Shown one piece after another: positions 20,384 to 30,730 of a stretch of 64,000 nt of DNA. The notes below the pieces were generated by a model, which saw nothing but the letters and a program-made list of their open reading frames with translations, was not told where the DNA came from and did no database searches. A program made the translations under genes and the position numbers. The stretch is from an uncultured delta proteobacterium (GTDB taxonomy: Bacteria > Myxococcota_A > Polyangia > Polyangiales > Polyangiaceae), in NCBI GenBank assembly GCA_963806225.1, contig CAWDXG010000004.1:1568001-1632000 (forward strand), in the 5' to 3' direction. Within the stretch, counting starts at the first letter, position 1; each line of letters begins with the position of its first letter.

Positions 20384-22855
20384 TCAGGCCTCGCGCGGCT
20401 CCGCGCCCCAGATATCGCGTGCGTAACCGCGCACGGTCCGGTCGCTCGAGAAGCGGCCCATCTCTGCCACGTTCAGGATCGCGCGGCGCGTCCATTCGGC
20501 CTGATCCGCGTACACGGCCTCGACGCCACGCTGACATGCCGCGTAGCTCTTGAAGTCGGCGAGGACGAGGTAGTGATCCCCTCCGAGCAGCGTGTCGACG
20601 ATCGGCCGGAACCGTGCCGGCTCGTCGGGACTGAACATGCCGCTCTGGATCGCATCGAGCGCAGCGCGGATATCCGGATCGGCCATGTACAGCTGCCGCG
20701 GGTCGTAGCCGTCGTGCCTGAGCGCATCGGCTTGCTGTGCCTCCAGGCCGAACAGGAACATGTTCTCCTCGCCCACCGCGTCCTTGATCTCGATGTTGGC
20801 CCCGTCGAGGGTGCCCACGGTGAGCGCTCCGTTGAGCGCGAACTTCATGTTGCCGGTTCCCGAGGCCTCCGTTCCGGCGGTGGAGATCTGCTCGGACACA
20901 TCCGTCGCGGGAATGATCTGTTCGGCCAGTGTAACGCCGTAGTTGGGGACGAAGAGCACACGCAGCCGCCCGCGCGTGGCCGGATCGGCATTCACCTTGT
21001 CCGCGACGGCATTGATGAGATGGATGATGCGCTTGGCCAGGTCGTAGCCGGGCGCCGCCTTGCCACTAAAGAGGAACGTGCGGGGCGTCCGCTCCTCCGC
21101 CCGACGCGAACGCATGCGGAGGTACAGGCTGATGATGTGCAGCAGGTTGAGCAGCTGGCGCTTGTACTCGTGCAGCCGCTTCACGTGGGAATCGAGCAGA
21201 TGCGTCGGATCCAGCTCGAGGTCGTGGAAACGCTTCAGGTGCTCCGCGAGCCGTTCCTTGTTGTGGCGCTTGACCGCCTGCCAGTCATGCTGGAACTCCG
21301 GATCATCGGCGAAGGCCGCCAACTTCTGCAGCTGGTCGAGGTCGGTGATCCAGCCGTTGCCGATGCGTGAGGTGAGGAGACGACTGAGCTCCGGGTTGCA
21401 CTTGGCGAGCCACCGGCGCGGCGTCACGCCGTTCGTCTGGTTGATGATCTTGTCCGGATAGAGCTCGTTGAACTCGCGGAAGATCTCCCGGCGCAGAAGC
21501 TCCGTGTGCAGCGCCGAGACGCCGTTCACGCGCCGGCTGCCGACGATGGCGAGATGCGCCATCCGCACGCGTTTCTCGGCGCCCTCCTCGATCAAGCTCA
21601 GGCGCGCGACGCGACCCTCGTCTCCCGGGTAGCGCCGGCGCACCTCCATCAGGAAGCGCTGATTGATATCATAGATGATCTGCAGATGGCGCGGCAGCAC
21701 GCGCTCCATCAGCCAGACGGGCCAGCGTTCGAGCGCTTCGGGAAGGATCGTGTGGTTGGTGTACGCGAAACACTGCCTCGTCGTTTCCCAGGCGTCGTCC
21801 CAGCTGAAACCGTGCACGTCGGTCAGAAGGCGCATCAGCTCGGCGACGGCCAGCGCGGGATGCGTGTCATTCAGCTGGAACACCGCCTGGTCCGTCAGAT
21901 TCGACAGATCCACGTTGCGATCCAGGTGCCTGCGGAGGCAATCCTGCAGCGTGGCCGAAACAAGGAAGTACTCCTGCTTCAGCCGGAGCTCCTTGCCAGC
22001 CAGCAGATTGTCGTTCGGGTAGAGCACGCGCGTGATGTTTTCCGTCGCGCTCTTTTCCTCGACGGCCTTGATGTAGTCGCCTCGGTTGAAGTACGAGAGC
22101 TCGAACTCGCGGGTCGCCTTCGCCGACCACAGGCGCAGCGTGTTGACGATGCCGTTCTGGTAGCCGGGCACAGGGATGTCGTACGCCATCGCGTACACTT
22201 CCTGGGCGTCCACCCATTCGTGCATGATGCGCCCGGAGCTGCCGCTGTACTTGATGACCCGTCCACCGAAGTGCACGGGATACAGGCGCTCGGGTCGGGC
22301 CACCTCCCAGGGACTGCCGTAGCGCAGCCAGTTGTCCGGCTTCTCCATCTGCGCGCCGCCAACGATGTCCTGCCGGAAGATGCCGTACTCGTAGCGGATG
22401 CCGTAGCCGATGGCGGCCAGGCCCAGCGTCGCCATGGAATCGAGGAAGCACGCGGCCAGGCGTCCGAGACCGCCATTGCCGAGCCCCGCGTCATGTTCCT
22501 GGTGCTCGACCTCGGACAGGTCCATGCCGAGGTCCTCGAGCGCCTCGTCCGAGGCCGCCCGGATGTCCATGCTCCGCATGCCGTCCTCGAGCAGGCGGCC
22601 GAGCAGGTACTCCATCGACAGGTAGTACACGCGCTTCGGCCGCTCGCGGATGTTCCGGCGCCAGGTGCGGGTCCAGCGGTCGAACATGCGGTCGCGCGCC
22701 GTGTGCGCGATGCTCATGAACTGATCCAGCGAAGTCGCCGCACTCGGGTGCTTGCCCTGCGTGTGCTGGACGTGGTTCAGAAAGCTCTGCTGGATCGCGC
22801 CCGCGTCGAGGGGCAGCCCGTTGGGCGGGAGCGTGAGCCGGCGGTGGTCGGTCAT
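20384..22855 (-). CDS. glgP: Glycogen/starch phosphorylase
   Basis: GLGNGGLGRLAACFLDS, ELRLKQEYF, QLNDTHP, KRLHEYKRQLLN, EASGTGNMKF. The real start is MTDHRR at 22855. Confidence 0.96.
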   Translation of the reverse strand: MTDHRRLTLPPNGLPLDAGAIQQSFLNHVQHTQGKHPSAATSLDQFMSIAHTARDRMFDRWTRTWRRNIRERPKRVYYLSMEYLLGRLLEDGMRSMDIRAASDEALEDLGMDLSEVEHQEHDAGLGNGGLGRLAACFLDSMATLGLAAIGYGIRYEYGIFRQDIVGGAQMEKPDNWLRYGSPWEVARPERLYPVHFGGRVIKYSGSSGRIMHEWVDAQEVYAMAYDIPVPGYQNGIVNTLRLWSAKATREFELSYFNRGDYIKAVEEKSATENITRVLYPNDNLLAGKELRLKQEYFLVSATLQDCLRRHLDRNVDLSNLTDQAVFQLNDTHPALAVAELMRLLTDVHGFSWDDAWETTRQCFAYTNHTILPEALERWPVWLMERVLPRHLQIIYDINQRFLMEVRRRYPGDEGRVARLSLIEEGAEKRVRMAHLAIVGSRRVNGVSALHTELLRREIFREFNELYPDKIINQTNGVTPRRWLAKCNPELSRLLTSRIGNGWITDLDQLQKLAAFADDPEFQHDWQAVKRHNKERLAEHLKRFHDLELDPTHLLDSHVKRLHEYKRQLLNLLHIISLYLRMRSRRAEERTPRTFLFSGKAAPGYDLAKRIIHLINAVADKVNADPATRGRLRVLFVPNYGVTLAEQIIPATDVSEQISTAGTEASGTGNMKFALNGALTVGTLDGANIEIKDAVGEENMFLFGLEAQQADALRHDGYDPRQLYMADPDIRAALDAIQSGMFSPDEPARFRPIVDTLLGGDHYLVLADFKSYAACQRGVEAVYADQAEWTRRAILNVAEMGRFSSDRTVRGYARDIWGAEPREA

Positions 22856-22956
22856 GGCGGCCCTTTTACGAGCAGACGGCCGGGAGCGCCAGTGGCAGCC
22901 CACGGCTCCCGGCTCGCGGCCCGGGAGCGCCAGGCGCCGGATAGCGGCCCCGGGGC

Positions 22957-23583
22957 TCAGCCCGCCGGAGCTTCGGGGAACAGGGCCCGGAGCGAGGGTC
23001 GGCGGGCCGCGGCCACCAACCACGCGCGAACGCGCGGCGACAGCTCCCCGAACCCGAGCCCGGCTTCCAGCGCGCGAAGCAGCATCGGAGGCACGCTCAG
23101 GTCCGCGAGACTGAACCGCCGATCGAAAGCGAAGTCGCTCTTGTCGTCGAGCAGCCGCTCGGCATCTGTTGCGAGCGAGATCAGCGCGTCGTGCTGCCGG
23201 TTCCGATCCGGATGATCGAGCGGCAGGCGCGCGAAGCCCAGCAGGGGCGCAGCCAGGCGGTGGTCGGCCAGGTCGAACAGCAGCCGCGTGCGCGCGCGGA
23301 GCTTCGGGTCGGTCGGCATCAGCGCGGGCTTGGGATGCGTTTCCTCCAGGTACTCCATGATGACGAGGGACTCGTACAGCACGACGCCACCCGGCTCCTC
23401 GTAGGTCGGAACCTGGCCCTTCGGAGTCAGCCGCCGGAGCTCCGCCTCGTCCCGCTCGGGATCGAAGCGCACCAGCTCGACTTCCAGGCCCTTCTCGGCG
23501 ACATACCCCCTCAGGCGGCGGCAGAACGGACAACGGGGACGGTGGAGGACACGGGGGACCTGGATGCGGGCAGACTCCGACAT
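22957..23583 (-). CDS. Glutathione S-transferase family protein
   Basis: CPFC, GQVPT, LYESLVIMEYLEE, FSLAD. Confidence 0.88.
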   Translation of the reverse strand: MSESARIQVPRVLHRPRCPFCRRLRGYVAEKGLEVELVRFDPERDEAELRRLTPKGQVPTYEEPGGVVLYESLVIMEYLEETHPKPALMPTDPKLRARTRLLFDLADHRLAAPLLGFARLPLDHPDRNRQHDALISLATDAERLLDDKSDFAFDRRFSLADLSVPPMLLRALEAGLGFGELSPRVRAWLVAAARRPSLRALFPEAPAG

Positions 23584-23676
23584 GCCGCTGTCCTAGCGCC
23601 AGGTCCGGGTCAGGCCAAGCCTCGCGCCCTGGGCACATGACAGGCACCTTGGGCCGGCATGGGGTAACATTGCGGC

Positions 23677-25353
23677 ATGGTCGATATTCCCGCTGGACGC
23701 ATGTCGGGTCGCGCTCTCCGCGCGGTGGTTTCCGCTGCACGTCACACGCCGGCGCGGCATGTCTTGAGCCGCGTGCTGCGCGGGCAGCTCGGCATCGATG
23801 CCGCGAGGCGGCTGGGGGCGGAGGCGCGCGGTGATCTGCCGGTGTCGCTGGTTCCGCTCCGTGCGCGCTCCGATCACGCGCGGAGCTCGGCGGAGCTCGG
23901 AATCCCCGGGCGCGGGGACTGGCCACGCACCAGCGCGACCTACGCCGCCGCCTTCCGCGAAGAGCGGGTCGATCCGGAGCAGCTGATGGAGCGCGCCCTG
24001 TCCGGGGCGGAGCGCCTGGCCGCCAGGAGCCCGGGCGGCAGCGTGCTCCTGCACGTCGCTGCCGAACGAGCGCGGGCCGCCGCGCGCGATGCCGCCGAGC
24101 GCCTGCGCCGCGGCGAACCGCTCGGCCCGCTCGACGGAGTGCCCATCGCTATCAAGGAAGAGGTGAACGTCGAAGGCATCCCGACGCGCGTCGGAACCCG
24201 CTGGATGCCGCCGGTCCCGGCCGCCGCGGACTGCACCGCGGCGGCACGCCTGCGCGCGGCCGGCGCGGTCATCCTCGGCACGACGCCCATGACCGAATAC
24301 GGCCTGTCGCCGCTCGGCGGCAATCCGAACCGCGACATGCCGCGCAACGCCCACAACCCGGGGCGACTGCCCGGCGGTAGCTCGAGCGGCTCCGGCGTCG
24401 CAGTGGCGAGCGGCGTGGTGCCGGTAGCGCTCGGTGCCGACGGCGGCGGCTCGGTTCGCATCCCTGCCTGCCTGAACGGCGTGTTCGGCCTCAAGCCGAC
24501 GTACGGCCGCGTGCCGGTGACGGGCGAGGGTCTGACGGGCGGCAGTTCGGTAGTGCATCTGGGCCCGCTCGGCGCGTCGACGTACGACCTCGCGGTGTTC
24601 ACGCAGATCACCGCGGGCGCGGACGGGCACGACGCCGCGGCGGATGCACAACCACCCTTCGAGCGCGAGGAGTTGATCGCGGCGCTGGGGCGCGGCGTCC
24701 GCGGCCTGCGCATCGGCGTCGACGAGGACGAGTGGGCCGCCGCACGCGCGGATACGGCGCTGCCGGCGCGCGAGGCGCTCGACGCGCTGGAGCGCGAAGG
24801 CGCAACGCTGGTTCCGATACGCATGCGCATGGCGCGCTACGCCCCGGCCATCGGCTATCTCACGATCGGCCTCGAGAGCTTCAGCGCCATGCTCGACGCG
24901 CGCAAGGAGCACATGGACGAGCTCGGACCCGACGTTCAGCTGCTCCTCGCCGGCATGGAGACGTTCCGCGCCGACGACTATCTCGATGCCCAGCGCCTGC
25001 GCACGGAGCTGCGTCGCGAAGTGGCGGCCGTGCTCGCCAACGTCGACGTGCTGGCACTGCCCACAACGGCCCGGGGCGCGCCCGAGGTCAACGATCAGGA
25101 AGCGCGCGATGGGTTCGTCGACCCGCCCGCGCTCGACGCGATGTGCCGCTTCGCGTTCCTCGGCAATCTCACGGGACTCCCGGCCGGCACCGCCCCCGTC
25201 GGCTTCGACGGCGAGCGCATGCCGGTCGGCCTGCAAATCATCGGAGACGCCTGGGACGAAGCGGCCGTGCTGTCGGTGCTCGCACACCTCGAGCGGCTCG
25301 GGCAGGCGCGGGTCGCGAAACCCGCCAGCTTCGTCGATCTACTCGCGGGCTAG
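23677..25353 (+). CDS. Amidase signature family protein
   Basis: GVPIAIKE, PGGSSSGSG, GADGGGSVRIPA, GLKPTYGRV. Confidence 0.92.
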   Translation: MVDIPAGRMSGRALRAVVSAARHTPARHVLSRVLRGQLGIDAARRLGAEARGDLPVSLVPLRARSDHARSSAELGIPGRGDWPRTSATYAAAFREERVDPEQLMERALSGAERLAARSPGGSVLLHVAAERARAAARDAAERLRRGEPLGPLDGVPIAIKEEVNVEGIPTRVGTRWMPPVPAAADCTAAARLRAAGAVILGTTPMTEYGLSPLGGNPNRDMPRNAHNPGRLPGGSSSGSGVAVASGVVPVALGADGGGSVRIPACLNGVFGLKPTYGRVPVTGEGLTGGSSVVHLGPLGASTYDLAVFTQITAGADGHDAAADAQPPFEREELIAALGRGVRGLRIGVDEDEWAAARADTALPAREALDALEREGATLVPIRMRMARYAPAIGYLTIGLESFSAMLDARKEHMDELGPDVQLLLAGMETFRADDYLDAQRLRTELRREVAAVLANVDVLALPTTARGAPEVNDQEARDGFVDPPALDAMCRFAFLGNLTGLPAGTAPVGFDGERMPVGLQIIGDAWDEAAVLSVLAHLERLGQARVAKPASFVDLLAG

Positions 25354-25375
25354 CGCCGAGCGTTCGATCGGCGGG

Positions 25376-25684
25376 TCAGAGCTCTCCGGCCTCGGCCTTG
25401 GCCATCCACTTCTTGATCTCTTCCTCGATCACGCCGAGCGCCTTGCCCTTGAAGGGCTTGAGAAGGAACGGCACGTCCAGCTCCATCTCGATGTTTTTCG
25501 GGTTCACGTCGAGGCTGCCCTTCAGGCTGAAGCCCTTGACACTGAACGAGATGTCGGCGTGCTTCTCGTTCCACTCCGCCTTCGGATCGTATTGTGCGAA
25601 GCGCTCTCTGTAGCTCTGGAACGCGGCCTGCGCGACCTGCTTTGCCTTTTCCTGACCGAGGTCGTGGGGAACGACGTGCTTCAT
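25376..25684 (-). CDS. Small protein resembling the putative polyhydroxyalkanoic-acid-system family
   Basis: MKHVVPHDLGQEKAK..LDVPFLLKPFKGKALGVIEEEIKKW. Confidence 0.65.
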   Translation of the reverse strand: MKHVVPHDLGQEKAKQVAQAAFQSYRERFAQYDPKAEWNEKHADISFSVKGFSLKGSLDVNPKNIEMELDVPFLLKPFKGKALGVIEEEIKKWMAKAEAGEL

Positions 25685-25733
25685 GCTTTCCTCTCGTAGC
25701 TTGCAAACATGGGGACCCTGCCCCTCCGGGAAC

Positions 25734-26696
25734 CTAGTCACCCTCGGCCGTTTGTGCCAGTTCCTCGCCTGGAAGTGTGGCCCACGCGCGCGCGAGGCGC
25801 GCTTGTCGGGCCCCCGAAGCGACCGAGAGCAGCGGCTGGTCGCGATCCCAGCGCTCTCGTTCAGCTGGCTCGGCCCGCGCCCAGTGCGCGGAGGAAGCTT
25901 CGAGCAGCCGCGCGGTCGCCTCGAGCAACCCGCCCAGCGCGACGTGCAGCTCGGGAGCCGCCGGTGGACCGGAGGCGAGCGTATGCGCCGCGGCCAGCAG
26001 CGCCAGCGCACGCTCGACGACATCGCGCGGAAAGCCAGCGCGACGTGCCACCGCCACGAGGTACGCGAGCAGAGCCGCGTGAACGTGGAGATCCTCGAGC
26101 GTGCGGAACGGCTTGAGATAGTCCGCGTAGCCGTCCCCGGGCAGCACCTCCGTGTCGGCTACGGCCACCGCGTCGAGGGTCACGACACAGTGCGGGATCT
26201 CCGGCGCGAAGGGCGTCGTGGGCAGCTGGGTGATCGCCACTCCCGGCGCGTCCGTGCGCACGCGCACCATGCGGAGCAGGTTCTGCCCCGTGTCGCGCGT
26301 GCCGGCGCTCGCCACGACCAGGAGCCCGGAGGCGAGCGAAGCCAGCGTGCTCCAGCGCTTTTCCCCGGACAACAGCAACCCGCCCTGCGACGCGGGCGCC
26401 AGCGTCGATCGGATGGCGCGAGGATGCGCGCCGCCCGCTTCCGTTGCAGACAGGCCCGTGAGGATCCCGGGTTCGAGTGATGGAACCAGAGCGCAGAGCG
26501 CCGCGTGGTAGCCGGCAGCAAACGCGAAGCCCAGCCGATCGGCAGCGAAGCCGCCGGCGATGGCGCCGTCGATCGGCGTCTCCCAGCGGCCGAGCGCTGC
26601 GCGATGCGCCGACCAGTACTCCTCGATGGATCCGGCCGCGAAGGGCACCGGTGGTGAGCCCGCCAGATGCGTGAGCCAGGCCAACGCTCCGGTCAT
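25734..26696 (-). CDS. Divergent acyl-CoA dehydrogenase-like protein
   Basis: LSATEAGG, LLLSGEKRWST, LPGDGY. Confidence 0.7.
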   Translation of the reverse strand: MTGALAWLTHLAGSPPVPFAAGSIEEYWSAHRAALGRWETPIDGAIAGGFAADRLGFAFAAGYHAALCALVPSLEPGILTGLSATEAGGAHPRAIRSTLAPASQGGLLLSGEKRWSTLASLASGLLVVASAGTRDTGQNLLRMVRVRTDAPGVAITQLPTTPFAPEIPHCVVTLDAVAVADTEVLPGDGYADYLKPFRTLEDLHVHAALLAYLVAVARRAGFPRDVVERALALLAAAHTLASGPPAAPELHVALGGLLEATARLLEASSAHWARAEPAERERWDRDQPLLSVASGARQARLARAWATLPGEELAQTAEGD

Positions 26697-27616
26697 GGTC
26701 TATCGCGCGACTCGACGGAGAGCTCGGTCACCACGCCGAAGTGATCGGACGGCCAGACCTCGCGCCCCGCCTCGGCCTCGGGCGCGGCAAAACAGATCCG
26801 CGTATCGAGCGGCTCGCCGCGCAGCTTGCGGTCGGGGCCCCGCACGAAGATGTAGTCGATGCGGCGCGGCGGCTCGTGCGACACGGCAGCAAAGCAATTC
26901 CTGCGATCGAAGGTGTACCCCGGCCCGCCGTCGCCGCCGTAGCGCCACGCGTCGGCAAAGAACACGCTCCTGCCTTCCACCGTGGCGAACCCGTGCAGAT
27001 AGCGGATCTCGTCCGACTCCGGCTCTGCGTTGAAGTCCCCCATCAGCACGGGCGGTAGGCAGCGCTCGTCGACCGGCGCACGCTCGAAGATGCGCTCGAC
27101 GATGTGCCGGACCTGGCGCAGGCGCACCCAGCCGTGATGCAGCTTCCAGTTCAGATGCGTCACGAACACCGGGAGCACGCCGTAGGGCGTGTCGACACGC
27201 GCAAAGAGCAGCGAGCGGCTCTCGCCGCTATCGAGATCGGGAAGCGGATCGACGGCCTGCTCGATGATCGGAAAGCGGCTGAGCAGCGCGTTGCCGAACG
27301 CCAGGCTGCCGCCGTAGTCGCTGGCCCGCCCGAACGCGATGTCGTATCCGAGACCCTGGGCGATCTCGCTGGCCTGATCGGTGTCCGGACCGGGCTCACC
27401 GCCGTCGGGCACGAGCCTGAGGACCTCCTGCAGCCCGAGCAGATCGGGGGAGAGGGTCTGGAGCTCGCGGCGAATCAGTTCGAGCCGGGCGGACCAGGGA
27501 CCGGACTTGTGCCAGATGTTCAGAGTGGCGACGCGGAGTCGTTGCATATCCCGTGCGCGCCGGGCTCGAGGACCCGACGTAACGTCATCCTGGCGCTTCC
27601 GGGGCGTCGAGTCCAT
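26693..27616 (-). CDS. Endonuclease/exonuclease/phosphatase (EEP) family protein
   Basis: ATLNIW, GLQEV, THL, MGDFNA, RIDYIF, PSDHFGV. Confidence 0.9.
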   Translation of the reverse strand: MDSTPRKRQDDVTSGPRARRARDMQRLRVATLNIWHKSGPWSARLELIRRELQTLSPDLLGLQEVLRLVPDGGEPGPDTDQASEIAQGLGYDIAFGRASDYGGSLAFGNALLSRFPIIEQAVDPLPDLDSGESRSLLFARVDTPYGVLPVFVTHLNWKLHHGWVRLRQVRHIVERIFERAPVDERCLPPVLMGDFNAEPESDEIRYLHGFATVEGRSVFFADAWRYGGDGGPGYTFDRRNCFAAVSHEPPRRIDYIFVRGPDRKLRGEPLDTRICFAAPEAEAGREVWPSDHFGVVTELSVESRDRP

Positions 27617-27671
27617 CGCCCTGGCCAGCGCGCCTCCGGAGCGTTAGCCTCCGCATTTGGAGGCTTGTCGA

Positions 27672-28169
27672 ATGGGATACGACGAACACCGCGGCGACGG
27701 ACACGACCACCACCACCATCATCATCACGACCACGACCATCCCGACCGTCACCATCACGACGGTCGCGACGGCGGCCCCCGTGGACCGGAAGGCACCGGG
27801 TTCCTCGACCTCGAAATAAGCCGCGTGCTCATGGGTGAATCGGGAAGGATCGCCCACGAAGTCGCGCTCGATATCGTCCGCGAGGCGGCTCGCGAGCGCC
27901 TGCGCGAGCGCCTCGGCGACCGGTTGGCAGCGGTAGGGCAATTGGCGGCGGACGAGCTGGCCGATGACGTGGAAGCCAATCTGGAAATAGAGGCTCGCAT
28001 CGGCGAGCGCAGGGAGAAGTCCGGCAGTCTGGAAGAGCGGCTGCGCGACGCGCTGCGTTCCCCGGGCGGCAGCAGCACGGGCCCGACCGCGCGCCGGACC
28101 GCCGCGGCCGCCGGACGCAGCAAGAAGAAGAAGAAGAAGAGCCGCGGCAAGCGCCCCGTGCGGGGCTAG
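27672..28169 (+). CDS. His-rich hypothetical protein with Lys-rich C-terminus
   Basis: MGYDEHRGDGHDHHHHHHHDHDHPDRHHHDG, a helical core, then SKKKKKKSRGKR. Confidence 0.65.
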   Translation: MGYDEHRGDGHDHHHHHHHDHDHPDRHHHDGRDGGPRGPEGTGFLDLEISRVLMGESGRIAHEVALDIVREAARERLRERLGDRLAAVGQLAADELADDVEANLEIEARIGERREKSGSLEERLRDALRSPGGSSTGPTARRTAAAAGRSKKKKKKSRGKRPVRG

Positions 28170-29239
28170 TCCGCCAGGTGCGGCAGCACCTTCTCGCCGA
28201 AGGTGCGGATCGATTCCATGACCAGCTCGTGCGGGACGGTGCCCATCTGCATGACGCAGATGAGCTCGTCGACGCCGATCTCGCGGAAACGCTCGATGTA
28301 CTCGCGCGCGAACACGGGGTCGCCGCACATCGCGTTGAGCTGATCGTCTTCGGTGTTGCGCATCCGCATCGCCCCGTCCAGATCATCGTCGGCGAGGAAC
28401 TCGCGGCTGACGGGCAGCTTGCCGACGGGGCGGTCGCCGCCAAGATAGTATCGCGACAGGCTCTCCGAGAAGAAGCGCGCGCCCCTGAATCCGTAGCGAC
28501 ACGCCTTCCGATCATCGTCGAGGACCAGCGTCGGCGGCGTGCAGGCGAAGTGGTTTGTCACCGCGCGGTCCTCGGGTTCGGCTTTTTCCACTGCCGCGCG
28601 GTAGTCCTCGACCTTCTGGGCGAGGTAGTCGTCGCTGCCGATCGCGAAGTTCAGCGCGCCCATCCCGAGTCGCCCCACCGACGCTGCCGAATCGGGACGG
28701 GTGCAGGCGGCGAACATGGGAGGATGGGGCGTCTGCACCGGCTTCGGCACGATCTGCGTCGGCGGGATCTGGAAGAAGCGCCCCTTGTGTTCGAAGACGT
28801 CGCTCTGCCACATCTTCGGAATGATGCTGACCGCCTCCAACCATTGATCGTGCAAGGTCTCGCGATCCACCTCGAACGCACCTTGCTCCACCAGCGAAGA
28901 GCTCTTGCCGCTGCCCCAGTTGACGCGGCCGCCGGACAGGATGTCCAGCGTGGCGATGCGCTCGGCGATGCGGATCGGATGATTGTACCGGTGAGGAAGC
29001 AGCGTCACACCGTGTCCGATGCGGATGCGCTGGGTACGCGCGGCAACGAACGAAAGGAAAATCTCCGGAGCGGACGAGTGCGAGTATTCGAAGAGCCCGT
29101 GATGCTCGACTTCCCAGATGCAGTGGTAGCCCAGCTTCTCGGCGAGCTCCGCCTGCTCGAGACAATCCGAAAACAGCTGCGCTTCGGCCTGCCGCGTCGG
29201 GTCGGCAATCTGCATCTCGTAGAAGAGCGAGAATTTCAT
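28166..29239 (-). CDS. LLM-class (luciferase-like) flavin-dependent oxidoreductase
   Basis: MKFSLFYEMQ, WEVEHH, RTQRIRIGHGV, HPIRIAERIATLDILSGGR, PKPVQTPHPP. Confidence 0.92.
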   Translation of the reverse strand: MKFSLFYEMQIADPTRQAEAQLFSDCLEQAELAEKLGYHCIWEVEHHGLFEYSHSSAPEIFLSFVAARTQRIRIGHGVTLLPHRYNHPIRIAERIATLDILSGGRVNWGSGKSSSLVEQGAFEVDRETLHDQWLEAVSIIPKMWQSDVFEHKGRFFQIPPTQIVPKPVQTPHPPMFAACTRPDSAASVGRLGMGALNFAIGSDDYLAQKVEDYRAAVEKAEPEDRAVTNHFACTPPTLVLDDDRKACRYGFRGARFFSESLSRYYLGGDRPVGKLPVSREFLADDDLDGAMRMRNTEDDQLNAMCGDPVFAREYIERFREIGVDELICVMQMGTVPHELVMESIRTFGEKVLPHLAD

Positions 29240-30618
29240 GATACGTCCTCCGATGCGCTTCCGAGGCCGCGCTCGAACCAGTGGGAAAGCCTGCGCGCGG
29301 TCCATCCGCCGGGACCGCTGTCGTTCCGGCGACGTGCAAACGCCGTGAGCATCCCAGCGAGCACGAAGCCCGCGACCGGCTCGCCGCGCACCTTGACCTT
29401 CCCGGACAGCTGGGCGGTCGACAGGTCCTGATGGCCGGAGAGAAGCTCGAGAAAGGTCCGGGCGGACAGCTCGATCACGGCGTCCGGCGGACGAGGGATC
29501 CCGCGCGCGAGGTGCGGGCGACCGCGCTGGACGTGGAGCTCGACGTCGCCGCCCGACGGACCGGCAATGTCGAGGTGGAGCCGCAGGTCCAGACGCCGCA
29601 CCTCCGGCGGGATCTGCGAGCTTGGCGCGGCGCGTCCAGCGGCGGCGACCATCCGCAGGAACACCCGGATGCGCGGATCGAGCCGCCGCGGCGCCTCGGC
29701 CACGTAGCGCTGAATGACCGAGGCGGCAGTGGGGCAGCGCGGCTTCCAGCCGAGCACAGCGCGCGCTCGCTCGCTCGAAACCACCACCTCGATATCCGCA
29801 GCGTCCAGCCACGCGGGGTCGAAGCTGCTCGCGACGCCAAGCCGTTCCAGCACCGGCGAAAGCCTCAGCGCTCCACCGAAAGCGCTCGTAGGCAGTCGCA
29901 CGACACGCATCCCGCCGGCCCGGGCCAGCCCGGCGGCGTCGAGCAGCTCGTCCGCAGAGAGGTTGAACGCTCCCCGCGCGTCGCCCATGAGCGCCAGGAG
30001 GACCGCGTCGGCGACGTCCTCGTCCCACACGATCGGAAGCCGCGCCGCCCCGAAGCTCGGCATCACACCGCGACGCATGGCGTCGCCGAGCGCGTGCGGC
30101 ATGCGCCGGCCGATCAGGATCGCGGGCCTGAGCCGGACCAATCCGAGATCGGGATGGTGCTCCTCGAAGGCGTCGAGCCACTGTTCGACCTCGTACTTGT
30201 TGTCGGCATAGCGGAGCGGGGAGCGCTGTCGCGGCGTTTCCTCCACGATGGGGACCGGCTGGCCGGGCACGACGCCGTACGCCGCGATCGACGAGCTGTA
30301 GACGATGCGGCCAACGCCCTGGGCCGCGGCGTACTCGAACATCCGTTGGCTGCCCTCGACGTTGACGGCGTGCATCAGCTCGGCGGTCGCGCGCCGCGTC
30401 ACGATGAAGGCCAGGTGCACGAGCGCGCTGGCGCCCTCGAGATGGCGGTCCAGCCCCGGATCGCGCACATCGGCGATCTTCCAGTCGAGCTTGGGGCTCT
30501 GCACGGCCGGCGGCTGGAGGTCGAGCGAGACGATGCGCTTGACCTTGCGGGACGCGACAAGGCGCCTGAGGACGAGCGTCCCGAGCTGCCCGGAGCCCCC
30601 CGTCACCACGACTTTCAC
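29236..30618 (-). CDS. Extended SDR (NAD-dependent epimerase/dehydratase) fused to an SCP2 sterol-binding-like domain
   Basis: TGGSGQLG, YSSSIAAYG and YADNK; C-terminal PDAVIELSARTFLELLSG..SGKVKVRG. Confidence 0.8.
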   Translation of the reverse strand: MKVVVTGGSGQLGTLVLRRLVASRKVKRIVSLDLQPPAVQSPKLDWKIADVRDPGLDRHLEGASALVHLAFIVTRRATAELMHAVNVEGSQRMFEYAAAQGVGRIVYSSSIAAYGVVPGQPVPIVEETPRQRSPLRYADNKYEVEQWLDAFEEHHPDLGLVRLRPAILIGRRMPHALGDAMRRGVMPSFGAARLPIVWDEDVADAVLLALMGDARGAFNLSADELLDAAGLARAGGMRVVRLPTSAFGGALRLSPVLERLGVASSFDPAWLDAADIEVVVSSERARAVLGWKPRCPTAASVIQRYVAEAPRRLDPRIRVFLRMVAAAGRAAPSSQIPPEVRRLDLRLHLDIAGPSGGDVELHVQRGRPHLARGIPRPPDAVIELSARTFLELLSGHQDLSTAQLSGKVKVRGEPVAGFVLAGMLTAFARRRNDSGPGGWTARRLSHWFERGLGSASEDVS

Positions 30619-30730
30619 GGCGCACCTCTATCCATGGAGGCCGCAGCATACTCCGCGCGGGAGCATTTTGGCCCCCGAGCCAGTATCAGGTTCCGTGCGC
30701 TTCGGTCCCAGGCGCTATAGTGCCCTCATC

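Noticed and set aside
22856..23926. N-terminal extension making GlgP 1180 aa
   Set aside because: This is a GC-rich open frame overlapping the GST and amidase genes; phosphorylase similarity begins at 22855.
29240..30649. 827-aa LLM fusion ORF
   Set aside because: The upstream part is an alternate frame of the SDR-SCP2 gene.
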